A stretch of 63,789 nucleotides of DNA, the filler included, from Stramenopiles sp. TOSAG23-6 (lineage: Eukaryota), in the NCBI GenBank assembly GCA_900128565.1. It is 38 parts of 38 records of this genome, joined end to end, with 100 filler letters (N's around TTAATTAATTAA, not from the genome) between each part and the next. Parts side by side here need not be neighbours in the genome. Positions count along the whole stretch, not along the records: positions 1 to 1,597 come from LT638820.1; positions 1,698 to 3,293 come from LT638821.1; positions 3,394 to 4,989 come from LT638822.1; positions 5,090 to 6,684 come from LT638823.1; positions 6,785 to 8,378 come from LT638824.1; positions 8,479 to 10,071 come from LT638825.1; positions 10,172 to 11,763 come from LT638826.1; positions 11,864 to 13,455 come from LT638827.1; 30 more parts are not named here. One strand, 5' to 3'. The stretch's first letter is position 1. Each line of letters opens with the position of its first letter. Under the pieces are notes generated by a model. It ran no database searches and was not told the origin of the DNA. It saw only the letters and a program-made list of their open reading frames with translations. Positions 1 through 12,141 of the stretch are shown here, piece by piece. The position numbers were made by a program, and so were the translations under genes.

Positions 1-132
1 TTGTAGAAGAACTATTTTTTTATTTTTTTTTTTATGGTGTGTATATGTAATATATTTCTGTAAGATCAGTTTATCGTCGTTAGGGTTACACAACCAATCA
101 ACCAACCAACAGTCATCAGCAGGGAGAGAATA

Positions 133-249
133 ACGAAAGAAAGAACGAAAGAAAGAACGAAAGAAAGAAATCTAAAAAAGAAAGAAAGAAAGAAAGAAAG
201 AACGAAAGAAAGAAAGAACGAAAGAAAGAAAGAAAGAAAGAAAGAACGA

Positions 250-281
<32 letters not shown>

Positions 282-586
282 ACGAAAGAAAGAAAGAACG
301 AAAGAAAGAACTCGAATCAGTAAAAATCGATCCTCTTACTGTGTTTATGTATTTAAAATTCCATGAAACCGAAAAATCAAAAAATAGAAAAGGCGTTACG
401 AAAATATGGATGGGCGAGAGAAGAAGGGAATTATATATAATGGATATAAATAACTTCCTTATAAAACCACAATAAAAAATAGTAGAAATAATTGCTGAAA
501 AAATAATATTTAATAATAAAAATATAGAAAGAAGAAAGAAGAAAGAAGAAAGAAGAAAGAAGAAAGAAGAAAGAAGAAAGAAGAAA
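133..586 (+). repeat. Purine microsatellites (GAAA/GAAC)n at 133-310 and (AGAAAGA)n at ~527-586
   Basis: Directly visible. Confidence 0.95.
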
Positions 587-954
587 AAGTAAAAAAATAA
601 TAATTTTAAAAATTCATTCTTAATCTATAATAAATTTAATAAAAAAAATAAAGGTAAAATATATATTATTTTAAACTAATAAAAGTAAGATTTTCCAGAG
701 AATATTATACAAGGGAATACGATATAATAGATATTAGAAATTCTTATAAATACTCTCATAATTATGTATTAGATAGGTAAATAATATTGGACTATATATA
801 TAGAACAATAATAAGTACATGTGCTTGGGGGAATAAAGGAAAAGAGTGGGGGGACACAGGAAAACGAAAGGAATGCGAAGCGAAACAAAATGGAAAGAGA
901 TGGTGACTGATGTTTGGTTAAGACTTTTACGAATAAAAATGATAAAAACTGTTT

Positions 955-1597
955 TCATACGTTCAGGTCTCTGTCTTGATCGCCCGCGTATTTTTGCACT
1001 TTGTCCACCTTTGTGCCCCCTAGTAATTTACAGCAGCTGGCAGGTTGCGTTTCCTTTGCGCAACGGGGCGGTGGGGTGATGTATATGCAGCACAGGATCC
1101 AGGTGTACCCCACCACCGTCAATATGAACGCGAGCAGCAGGAACAAGGATTCGGCCATCGACAATCCCGCGACTTTCTGGTCCACTAGCCTCGCGTTTTT
1201 GTGGGGCCGAATGTGCGAACTCTTTTGCAATTNNNNNNNNNNNNNNNNNAGGGTGTACCAATAGCAAAGCTCCGCTTCTTCGGACAGGAACTTGGACGCG
1301 AACGTGCTGCTTGAAATCGCAATTTGGTGGGCGATGGAGTCGTGCTCTTGAGCCCACTTTATCTTTGCGTCTAAATCGCTGGAGTTTCTCGTGGCCAAAA
1401 TGTAATGCTCGTTTTCTTTCAAAAATTCCATCGTAAAGTCCGTGTATTCGTCCTCCAGCTTTATCACCAACATGTCCAAGTTTATAATGTTTTTCAGCCG
1501 AGAACTCCAGCTATACCCTTCTACGTCTATTATGTATTTATACTTCGACTGCTGCTCTTTGTAGGACATGGCCAGTTCCATGGGCGCGCCTTCCTTT
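955..1597 (-). CDS. Glycosyltransferase family 90 (CAP10/KDELC/POGLUT-like), C-terminal part, with C-terminal TM helix
   Basis: KYKYIIDVEGYSWSSRLK, HYI..SDL..KIKWAQEHD..A..IA, CYW motifs of Glyco_transf_90; 5' truncated by linker. Confidence 0.85.
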
Positions 1598-1697
1598 NNN
1601 NNNNNNNNNNNNNNNNNNNNNNNNNNNNNNNNNNNNNNNNNTTAATTAATTAANNNNNNNNNNNNNNNNNNNNNNNNNNNNNNNNNNNNNNNNNNNN
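1598..1697. other. Artificial contig linker N44-TTAATTAATTAA-N44 (first of 37; recurs every ~1.7 kb)
   Basis: Identical 100-bp spacer with stops in all six frames; flanking contigs shrink from ~1597 to ~1563 bp. Confidence 0.98.
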
Positions 1698-1822
1698 GCA
1701 CCACCTGGCCCTACATTTACAAAACTAGCTCCTATTGCGAAAAATATTCCTGTTTTTTTTTTTTGGTATGAAATTTCGTACCTAAGAAATTTTTACATTT
1801 TTTTAAAATATTTTTTGACATT

Positions 1823-2560
1823 ATTTGTGTTGGCCACTGTGGTTGGCATAAAGATCAGTTGGCAAGTGAAATATCACGAAATGTTTGGTTTCATGCGCAA
1901 CCTCGTAGGGTTGGGGTTCAAAATTCTCCCAATACAATGAATAAAACTGACCAAAAAATACCTAACCCTAACCCTAACCCGAATAAAACGAATCAAAATC
2001 TGCCTTATCCTGGTTATTGTAAAAAAGCTGAAGCTACTATCGCTCTATTTGGTGTGAGTGGGTCAGTGCAAAAATCGTCTGCTACAGATGAACGTTTTAT
2101 TTTTTTTTTTTTACAAAAAAATCGAATTTATTTTTTTCGTACGAAATTTTGTACCTAACGATTTTTTTTAATTTTTTTTTGAAATATTTTTCCAAAACAA
2201 ATGTCCAACAAAAAATGTGGTCTTGGGGTATTTCTCAATTAGGGAGTAATTATACCGATTTATCGAAATTGAAAGTTGGAGATCATTCATGTATGTTTTT
2301 TTTCATCATGAATTTCTAATTTATTATTTTTTTTTGGTAAAAAAATTTGTAGCTAAATGAAAAAAAAAAAAAAAAAAAAAAAATTCATACGAAATTTCAT
2401 ACCTAACATTTTTTTTTTTTTAAATTTTTTTTTACACCGTTGTACTCTGGCCTATTTTAGGAAATTGTATGATGAAACGCATGGAAAGCATAAAGGAAAA
2501 TATTGATAGCGACGACGTAGAATCGGATACATTTGATGTTCAATATGCTCCTGATTATTA
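1823..2560 (+). CDS. Multi-exon hypothetical protein fragment
   Basis: Open exons separated by stereotyped introns (e.g. 2090-2202); no family recognised; ends approximate. Confidence 0.45.
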
Positions 2561-3597
2561 AACCCTAACCCTAACTCCTGATTATTAAACCCTAACCCTA
2601 ACTAAGAGACAATGAAACATAAAAATATTTTTTTTTTTTTTTTTTNTTTATTTTTTTTAATATGCATATGCATTAACTTTTTTCGTTTGCTGGTGCTGAA
2701 ATTATTATCTAGAGGTTATGATGAGTTAATAACTTTTTGTTTTTTACTTTTTTACTTTTTTACTTTTTTACTTTTTTACTTTTTTAATTTGATGGTCCTA
2801 ACCCTAACCCTAATTTGATGGTCCTGAAATCGATAAACCACCAGAACTTTCAATTTCTAATCTAACCCTTGCAGGCATTCGGCTTATCAGTTGGTTCTTA
2901 AAACGATTCAATAACTTTTTGTCTCTTGAAATTATATGATTAAAAAAGTTCCTAGAAATGCGAATAGAATCATCATTAATATTTTCTTTTCTATCCTCTG
3001 GTAATGAAAATTTATTTTGGAAAAATATTTCAAAACAAAAATTTTAGGTACAATATTTCGTATGAAAAAAAAATCGATTTTTTTTTTTCCGGAAAAAAAA
3101 AATAAAAATAAAACATACATGCACGACAAACATCTTGTGACATTGCCATTTGCTCAACATCTCCTTGACTACATATTAAGAATATTTTGTGGAGAAATAT
3201 TTTTTTTTTTTGGAAAGAAAAACAATTTAGTTAGGTACGAAATTTTATTTAAAAAAAAAAAAAAAAAAAATTTTTAAAAAAAAAAAAAAAAAANNNNNNN
3301 NNNNNNNNNNNNNNNNNNNNNNNNNNNNNNNNNNNNNTTAATTAATTAANNNNNNNNNNNNNNNNNNNNNNNNNNNNNNNNNNNNNNNNNNNNTAGGGTT
3401 AGGGCTATCCTTAAGAATATTCAATATTTGACAATTCAATATTTGTCATATTCAATATGTTTTTACTAGGGTTAGGGNTATCCTTNAGAATATTCAATAT
3501 TTGACAATTCAATATTTGTCATATTTAATAACAATGTAATTCATTAAGGAAATCATTGCTTTTTGAAGACCATAAAGATCTAACCCTAACCCTAATA

Positions 3598-4930
3598 TCA
3601 ATGTAATTCATTAAGGAAATCATTGCTTTTTGAAGACCATAAAGATCTTGAAAAATCATTTTTACTCACACTCAACAATTTATTATTTTTTGATCCTCCG
3701 ACATTAGGGTTAGGGTTAGAAAAAAAATTTGGCATTTCTGGGAGTAAGGGTGGCGATAATAAAGGATTTTGTGGTGTATCAGGGAGTAAAGGTGGTGACG
3801 TCATATATGTAGTATTAGGGTTAGGGTTAGGTGACGTCATATATCTAGTATTACTTGAATTATTCTTCTCTGAGTTGAGTGATAGAATTTCAGGAGTACC
3901 GGGAATGAAATGTATTGTGAAAAAATATATATTGTAGTCAAGATATATATATTAGGGTTAGGGTTTAGTCAAGACATCAAGACATCAAAACATCAAAACT
4001 TTAAAAAAAAAAAAAAATGAAAATTTTGTACAAAAAAAAAAAAAAAAAAATTCAATTAGGGTTAGGGTTAAGTATACAACAGTCATAATGAAAACGAACG
4101 CCCAATCCAGTCTGCCCTGTAGCATTTAACCCTAATAAAGAACTTTTCAATAAATCAGCTTCATTTTTGTTTAAATCCGACATTTCCTGACCTTGACCTT
4201 GAAATTTTATTGGTGTGATATGATTGGTATGCCTAGGGTTAGGGTTTGCTCGTTGATTCGAGCCATTTCCTTTTGGTCTTCCTTTTTTCCGTTTGGATAA
4301 CTTTTTAGCAGGACTTGCTGGAAGCCCTAGTTGTTCTCGTTTACTTAGAGGGATTCCTGACCCAGGTCGTCGTTTGACTCGATCCTAAATTATACAAAAA
4401 AATCAAAAAAAAAAAAATTGTGAGTAGGGTTAGGGTTTTTTTTTTGTTACATATGATACATATATATTTTGGTACAAAAAAAAATTTTGAAAAAAAAAAA
4501 AAAAATGAAATTAGGGTTAGGGTTAAGAGATAAACATACGTAACTCCCTTTAGGACGACCTCGTTTTCGTCCTTTTTTCTTTTGTTCTAATTTATTGATT
4601 TTTTGTAATTGTTTATTTAACTGGCTAACGAGGGCATAATCTCCAATATCAACTGCCGTTTTTAATTGTAAACGTAACCTGTATTGTACAAATATCATGA
4701 TTTAAAAAAAAAAATTAAAAAAATTTTAGGTACAAAATTTCGTACGAAAAAAAAATCATGATTAGGGTTAGGGTTAGAAAAAAATTACATTGATGCTACA
4801 TTTTCTGTTTCTTCTTCGTCGTATTGTTTCGAAATATAAGTATTATTAGCATTATCTATCGATAGAGGCACAAGTTTAGACGTGTCACATGCATTGGAAA
4901 CATCAGTAGAGTTGGGCGGGTTACACGTAC
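3598..4930 (-). CDS. Multi-exon AT-hook-containing low-complexity protein fragment
   Basis: KKGRKRGRPKG and KRKKGRPKG motifs, exons separated by T-rich introns; ends approximate. Confidence 0.5.
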
Positions 4931-5134
4931 TGTAAAAAAATATTTCAAAAAAAAAAAACTTAAATTTGTTAGGTACAAAATTTCGTACGNNNNNNNNNNN
5001 NNNNNNNNNNNNNNNNNNNNNNNNNNNNNNNNNTTAATTAATTAANNNNNNNNNNNNNNNNNNNNNNNNNNNNNNNNNNNNNNNNNNNNACAAATTTTTT
5101 AGATTTTTTTTTGAAATATTTTTCCAAAATACAT

Positions 5135-5251
5135 AATGTGTGTTTTATTCATCCAAAGGGGAACAGTGAATATCCAATTGGTGGTGAAGGTGTTCTTATT
5201 GAATTAGTCCAAGCACCAGAAGACATAATTTTGACACACTCAAATAGTTAA
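5135..5251 (+). CDS. Terminal exon of VOC/glyoxalase-family (methylmalonyl-CoA epimerase-like) protein
   Basis: [28 protein letters not shown] then stop; preceded by intron end ...CCAAAATACAT; not in ORF track. Confidence 0.75.
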   Translation, partial: NVCFIHPKGNSEYPIGGEGVLIELVQAPEDIILTHSNS

Positions 5252-6148
5252 TTCAACATTAAATATAAGCATTTCAATAAAATAAATAAAAAATAAATAA
5301 CCCTAACCCTACTCTAAAAAAAGTTCTTTTAATCATTTCAAAATTCAAATTGGACACTTTCGCAAGCATACAGCACAGAATTATATCATCACATGTATGT
5401 AGAAAATAAGAAACGTCAACATACCACTTGAATAAAGTATGTTTTGCTCTCTTAGAGTGGCGTTTAGTGAGTGTATCAAATATTTGAAGGGGTATTATTG
5501 TAGTTATTCCTTGGGCTTATTCTCAAATGGATGTAGTAATTTACGTTACGATGTACATGTATTAAGAGGCTTTAAGTACTAACTTGGATATGTACAAAGT
5601 ATCACAATATTCTACCAAAGAGTCCAATATACCAAGCGTGAAATTTGCGTATACAATGCTATTACCAAAGACGATGATATTGTTCAGTTCTCTATTACAA
5701 TACTATGGTAATATATATAACTCTTTGACACTCTTTGACAACCAAAACATCCTCGGATTGTAAGCATAATAGCGACTACTAGCTAGTGATCTAGGTTTGA
5801 TGGTACCACTATAACAAACAGTATACTCAAATTAGTCGTAATTTACTGAAGGATTCGGGTCCCAGTAGTGCAGCATGGCGTACGTTACGACTATAATCCC
5901 CAAGCAGGTTGTGAACAATGTATGAAGGTACACTAGCGTTTTTTGACTTACGTTGAGTTTCGCTATTGTTCCATTTCGACTTGCATCGCATTCTTCTTGT
6001 TGTGCATGACATAAACTACTATAATTTGTGAAGTAAGGATACTGTAACAAAATTAATGAATGCTGGTTATATATGCGTGTAGTACTTCTTTTAAGTAAAG
6101 TGAAAAAAAAAATAGAAAATGCTAACGTGAAAAGTTAATTACAAAATA

Positions 6149-6496
6149 CTACAAAGTTCTAGCTGATGCGTCTATATCTTTTAACTCTCTCATTATACTG
6201 TATCCTTGATTTTCCCTTTCACTCTTTGGAAGAAGTGCTAATTGTTGTTGAATAGCTGAAATTGCACTCAATATTTCTTGTTTGAGTTTTTTTTGTGAGG
6301 GGTCATCCATAAGTTCTTGAGGGGGATCATTTTCGGAGGGGTCTGAATTCATAGGAGCTTGAGGGGATGATGCAGTTGTTGGTGATGGTATTGGTGCTGA
6401 GGCGTCTGGACTTGTCGGTGTGGTGTCCGGTCCGACTGATGCAACTACAGATATTGCAATCACCATAGATTTCAAAAGTATTTGTGCCCTTTTCAT
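6149..6496 (-). CDS. Small hypothetical protein, possible signal peptide followed by Pro/Ser/Thr-rich region
   Basis: 115-aa ORF with hydrophobic N-terminus. Confidence 0.45.
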   Translation of the reverse strand: MKRAQILLKSMVIAISVVASVGPDTTPTSPDASAPIPSPTTASSPQAPMNSDPSENDPPQELMDDPSQKKLKQEILSAISAIQQQLALLPKSERENQGYSIMRELKDIDASARTL

Positions 6497-8512
6497 ATTT
6501 TTTACTGTTAAATCTTACGATAATTCTAAGTGAAGCGAGTGATATATTTGGCGATAAATGATAAAGTGTGAGTAACCGTGTAATGTTACTAGACTTGTAG
6601 AATAGTAGAGATATTATACTGTAGTTACGTCCTATTTAGCTACCTATACCTAAACCTATACCTATACCGGCCCTTGATACCGACNNNNNNNNNNNNNNNN
6701 NNNNNNNNNNNNNNNNNNNNNNNNNNNNTTAATTAATTAANNNNNNNNNNNNNNNNNNNNNNNNNNNNNNNNNNNNNNNNNNNNCGCGACCTCGTCGAAA
6801 TTACCGGCTTTGACGACCACATGATGCATCGGTTCAAGAACTTGTGTTTTGGACGGTAGCCAAGAGAGCGTATATCAATAATAATTGTCAAAAGTAAAAT
6901 GCATCATTTTCACAGAAATGAACGGATACGAATGCATCTTTGAGTATGTGCGTGTTGAACTATCACAGTAGTAAGCATAAACGGTTGCGTGATGACCANN
7001 NNNNNNNNNNNNNNNNNNNNNNNNNNNNNNNNNNNNNNNNNNNNNNNNNNNNNNNNNNNNNNNNNNNNNNNNNNNNNNNNNNNNNNNNNNNNNNNNNNNN
7101 NNNNNNNNNNNNNNNNNNNNNNNNNNNNNNNNNNNNNNNNNNNNNNNNNNNNNNNNNNNNNNNNNNNNNNNNNNNNNNNNNNNNNNNNNNNNNNNNNNNN
7201 NNNNNNNNNNNNCCCGCCGATATAGACACTGAAGCGCTCTCATGTCGATTCAATTAGTCGAGGATCGGAAGATTCATCGGCCACTTTGTAAACGAGCAGC
7301 ACGTGTACTTGTACTGAATGAGCCTTGGGTAAAAAAACAAAATGGGCCGAGTGAGTTGAATTTGGGTAATGAACTTGTTGGGAGGACAAACCATGGGATG
7401 ATTCGTCAGGGCAAGATGCGCAGTGTCAGAATTGCCAGCAGGTCCCAACTCGGTTCTCAGTTCTTCGCAAAACAATGGAATTCCTCCCTCCGGACGAAGA
7501 CATTGCACTGCATAATAGATTTTCTTTTCGCGTATGCTCCGCATCAGGCGAAGAGTGGACAAGAAACCTTTTGCGCAGATAACTTTTAGGTTTTCGAGCG
7601 CAATGTACTGGGCTCCCGCGAGGTTTGTCTGCGTAGTCCCGTCAGATTGCCCAATAAGNNNNNNNNNNNNNNNNNNNNNNNNNNNNNNNNNNNNNNNNNN
7701 NNNNNNNNNNNNNNNNNNNNNNNNNNNNNNNNNNNNNNNNNNNNNNNNNNNNNNNNNNNNNNNNNNNNNNNNNNNNNNNNNNNNNNNNNNNNGTACGGGT
7801 ACTGGCACGATGCGCGCATCAACGGACTGAAAAGTGCTGCGTAGTCAGGCTCCTGCTGTAAGAAAACGCCAGAGATGTCCTTGACCCACGGTGTCGAGCT
7901 CTCGTAGCAAGCTTGTTTTCTGTTTTCGTCGGTCAAATCAAATGCAGGCCTGCAACAAGTGAACCAGTAGTAAGGAGATGTGCTTGTCCTCCAAGGGTGA
8001 ATCAAGGGACCGGCCCCTTCCAGACTAAAACGCTGTAGCCAAGCGCTCGCGCGAATATGATTGCCAGTGCAGTCGATTCGAACGTGTTGCAGATTCTCAA
8101 AATCTTCCGGACACGGTAAGCCCTGGTTCTGATGCAAGACAGGAAGATTTTGGAGGGTTCGGGAGCGTTAAATGAAATCTGGAGTTCATAAGCGAGGAAA
8201 ACCATCCGTTTCTCACGAGTTTTTCAACACTTAATCCCTCCATTAAAAAGACAGGCCAAACCAGTGCTTGTCTGCAGCTAAACTCGTAATAAAAGAATTC
8301 ACCGCTCATCGCCGTCACAAATTGAAAGGACACTAAGGCCATGGGGACACCTTGAATGGGACAGGCCATTGTTTTAGCNNNNNNNNNNNNNNNNNNNNNN
8401 NNNNNNNNNNNNNNNNNNNNNNTTAATTAATTAANNNNNNNNNNNNNNNNNNNNNNNNNNNNNNNNNNNNNNNNNNNNCACTTTTATACTTTATATGTTC
8501 ACCGACATCAGA

Positions 8513-10071
8513 TCAGTTATTTGTTAGTTCCAATTGAATTTGATAATATTTTTTGAGCCCTTCAAATCCTTCATTGTCTAAAAACTCTTCCATTTCAGAT
8601 GTCCAGTGAACCTGAGATCCATTCAATACACATTGACCAGGCCACTTTTGCATCCATTCCGTTCGAGATATATTTGTGTAATCCACAACACTTTCCCACA
8701 TTCGTGCTCGCATGGCAAGACACATGCCATTTTCCACCCCGTTCATCCAAATCTCGACGTTGACATTAGAAGTTACAACATGTTCAGTAAATTGAACCTC
8801 TTCTTTTTCCTTTGATTGCATGCTAGTGATACAATTATCTTTATTAAATTTAACAGTTTTTATTGCTTCAAAGCATTTTTTCAAGTGGGGTTGTACTAAT
8901 GTAGGGTCTTTAGTCTCTGATAAAATCTCGAGTAATTCGTCATTTGATAAAAAGTAAAAACGAGAAAAACCTGCTCGCTTCGTTTCTAAATAATCCGACA
9001 ATCCTTTCATTACAAGGTCTAGAAACTTCACAGACTCTTGAAATTGTTCACAAAGTTTTGGATTATCACAAAACTCAACAGCTTTTAATCTTTTTTTGGC
9101 TGAAATCATAATTTTCCTCCAATTCTTATCGACTGTGAAAAAACGTTTTGTTTCAATAGGCAACTGTTTTTTAATATCATCGCTGTCGAAAATAGGCTGT
9201 AAATATAGCCAATTGCGTTGAACTGCGAGCCACTCTTCGATCATTTCACTGATATTACTCAATGTTTTCTCCCATTCTTCAATTTCCTCTTCAAAAGGTC
9301 CTTTGAATGACGAAAATGACATCGCTTGAGTCATTGTCACATGCTCATCCAATAGTGCAATAATAACATCTGCTTCCTTTATAATAAAAGTACCAGTGTC
9401 ACGGTATGGTTCGATCAAAAGTTGAACTTCTTCCCACTCTGCTTTCATGCCCAGTAATGCCTTTTCCAATTGAAATGACGAATTACTCGAGATTTTCCAA
9501 TTGAAATTCTTTTCCTGCTGTTTCTCCAATCTTTATTAGTACCTCTTCTTGCTCAACAACACCAAGATCTATAAGTTTTTGAAGTGTGAAAACGCTTTTA
9601 GTAGGATCAAGGTTTAAGCTAAGCTTTTCATTAATTAATTTCCAATGACGCTCTCGCATTCCGGGATTGCGCATGGCTAAAATTGATGGAACTAGCGGTT
9701 TGATCAAGTATATCATTAACAACACTCTCACACTCGACAACATGGTTTGTCTTGAAATATTTCCTTGCCTTTAAAAGTTTTCGGTTATATTCATGAATTC
9801 TCTTTTCAAGTATGTCAGCATCAATTTTTTCAAAATGATCATGTTTCCATAGTGACTCATTTTTTGTCCAGCCATCGACCGTTTGCCACAAGTTCTTGTA
9901 AGGCACAAAATCTTTCTGGATGCTATTGAGAATGGGATATTCAGTAATGTCTATGTTAAACAATCCTTCACGAGAGTTGAACAACATTGCATTCTCCTTT
10001 GCAAGCTTGATTTTCTTTTCAATATTTATTACACAATTATTTACCAAAGCAGCCTTCTTTGGATCTATGAA
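8513..10071 (-). CDS. Axonemal inner-arm dynein heavy chain fragment (DHC_N2/linker, DNAH1-like), with two frame disruptions
   Basis: RNPGMRERHW, WLAVQRNWLYLQPIF, YLETKRAGFSRFYFLSNDELLEILS, VQPHLKKCFE; frame breaks near 9480 and 9700. Confidence 0.93.
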
Positions 10072-10366
10072 NNNNNNNNNNNNNNNNNNNNNNNNNNNNN
10101 NNNNNNNNNNNNNNNTTAATTAATTAANNNNNNNNNNNNNNNNNNNNNNNNNNNNNNNNNNNNNNNNNNNNATGTAATATAAAGATATTCCAAAACGACG
10201 TTGGAAACCTTGACCATGTAACATCAATGCAACCTAAGAAATGTTGCATAATCATGTAACAATGTTTGTTTGAACTTTTAAAACAGAAATTTGTAAATTT
10301 TTTTCTTCATTTTGATTTTTTTATAAAAGAATTATATACAATAATTGTAATCCTATTTATTAAAAA

Positions 10367-11763
10367 TTAAGAAAAATATCTTTCTTCATCGCGTTTAGCC
10401 TGTTCAGCTTTGGAATCAGTTTTATTTTTAACTTGTTTCTTTTCAATATATGATCTTTTCATAATTTTCTTTCCTTTCCGTTTCTTCACTGGAGCGGCCG
10501 CTCGAGCCATTGAACGCCTTAATCTTTCTTCATATTCTTCTTGTTGAATCGCTAAGCGATCTTGTCTTACTTTTTCTCTGCGTTCTTTTTCCTTTGCTTT
10601 TTCTGCCATTTCGACATATTCAGGATCCATTTCGCTCATTTGGTTGAGTAGATTTTCCAAAGTTCCTTCAAGATCCGTGAGCATGCTTAATGTAGATGGA
10701 TTCGCAGATGCATCCAAATTACAAGCAATATAAACTTTCCTTACTTTTTGGTTTAGATTGGTGATAAGTTGATCAGTTGTTTCTTTACCAGATTTACTAG
10801 CTACACGTTGGGATAAAGAGGATAAATTGTTTTTGTCTACTTTAATCTGTGTTTGTAATTCAGAAATATTTGATTTCAATGACTGTGTCTTACCATCCAT
10901 TCTTTTTCGAGTATCAATATATTCCTGTCTTAATTCTTCCAATGCTTGCTCAGTCTCTTGACTGTTTTGAATAAGAAATAAATTTGATTCTTCAAGAGCT
11001 GTAAAAATATCCAATAGTTGGTTAGGATTTTTGAAATACATTGGAATATCTTCATCAGACGAAACTATATCCTCCTCTTCCAACAATGGAGCCCGAGGAA
11101 TTCTTGGCTTAAATTTAGATTTATCTTTTTTTCTTCTGATTTTTCCCTCTTTTGCAAGTCTCTCAGTCTCCGCTGCTTCTTTATCGGCAGCATCTTTCAC
11201 TGCGATCTCTTTTTCTCTTTCCCAAATTATCATTTTATTTTCCCAACTTTTGACACGTCTTTCCTCTTGACGATCAGATTTAACTTTACGTTGTGACTGA
11301 AAATATTCTTCTGGTGTAAGGGAATCCAAGAATATTTTATACTCTTCACATAATTCTAAAAGTTCCTTCAATTTTGACATTTCACTTTGTACAATTTGAA
11401 TTTGACCTTTTAACTTTTTTACTTGCATAATTTTTTCTTGTTTTCTTTTTGTTTCTGCTTCAGTGCGCTTAATCGCATCATGTGCCTTTTTATCATTTTC
11501 TTTCAAAAATGTATCAAACCGTATCGCATCCTCTTCTAACATCAATTCAGATTTACGAAGCGCTTCTTCTTTAAGTTGTGCTTTTTCCTCAAGTTTTCGT
11601 ATTTCTTCGCGTTTTGTATCAAGTGACATTTGAACAAGAAACATTTCACGTTTTTTTGCAATAAATGATGACATATCTTCCTTTTCGTGATGATGATTTG
11701 ATGTTATAGAAGCCCTATCTGCAGCCTCAGTAACTTTTTCTTGTTCACCATTGTCTTCACCAT
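10367..11763 (-). CDS. CFAP100: Cilia- and flagella-associated protein 100 (CCDC37, DUF4200), 5' partial, intronless here
   Basis: FIAKKREMFLVQMSLDTKREEI..LEEDAIRFDTFLKEND and MYF..P.QLLDIF..LEE.NLFLIQNSQETE motifs. Confidence 0.88.
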
Positions 11764-12141
11764 NNNNNNNNNNNNNNNNNNNNNNNNNNNNNNNNNNNNN
11801 NNNNNNNTTAATTAATTAANNNNNNNNNNNNNNNNNNNNNNNNNNNNNNNNNNNNNNNNNNNNGCTCAATTGCCCTCTACAATTCTTTGTACATGCATAC
11901 TTGTCGAATGATTATTTAATTATACATATTTGTATCATGTTTTTTTGTTTTTTTTTCGTAGATAATTTTGTACCTAACAAATTTTTGAAATTCAAGAATT
12001 TGTTAAAAACGGCCAATTTCGCGACGCCCAAAAATGCAAATGGTACGGGCTTATCGGTCAAATTCGAATTGGGCAAGGATAGTATAAACCTTTGGAACAC
12101 ACACAGCAACAATATTTACTCAAAATAGTAGATATAGTCCA

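Noticed and set aside
6785-8378. GC-richer gapped contig with overlapping ORFs
   Set aside because: No recognisable domain; cannot support a call
9460-9710. Frame breaks in dynein as programmed frameshifts or micro-introns
   Set aside because: One is a short local duplication with filler, the other a deletion; neither shows intron motifs; likely chimeric artefact or decay
8513-11674. Alternative genetic code, or a dynein-CFAP100 ciliary gene cluster
   Set aside because: Long conserved ORFs translate with the standard code; the two genes lie on separate contigs joined by a linker
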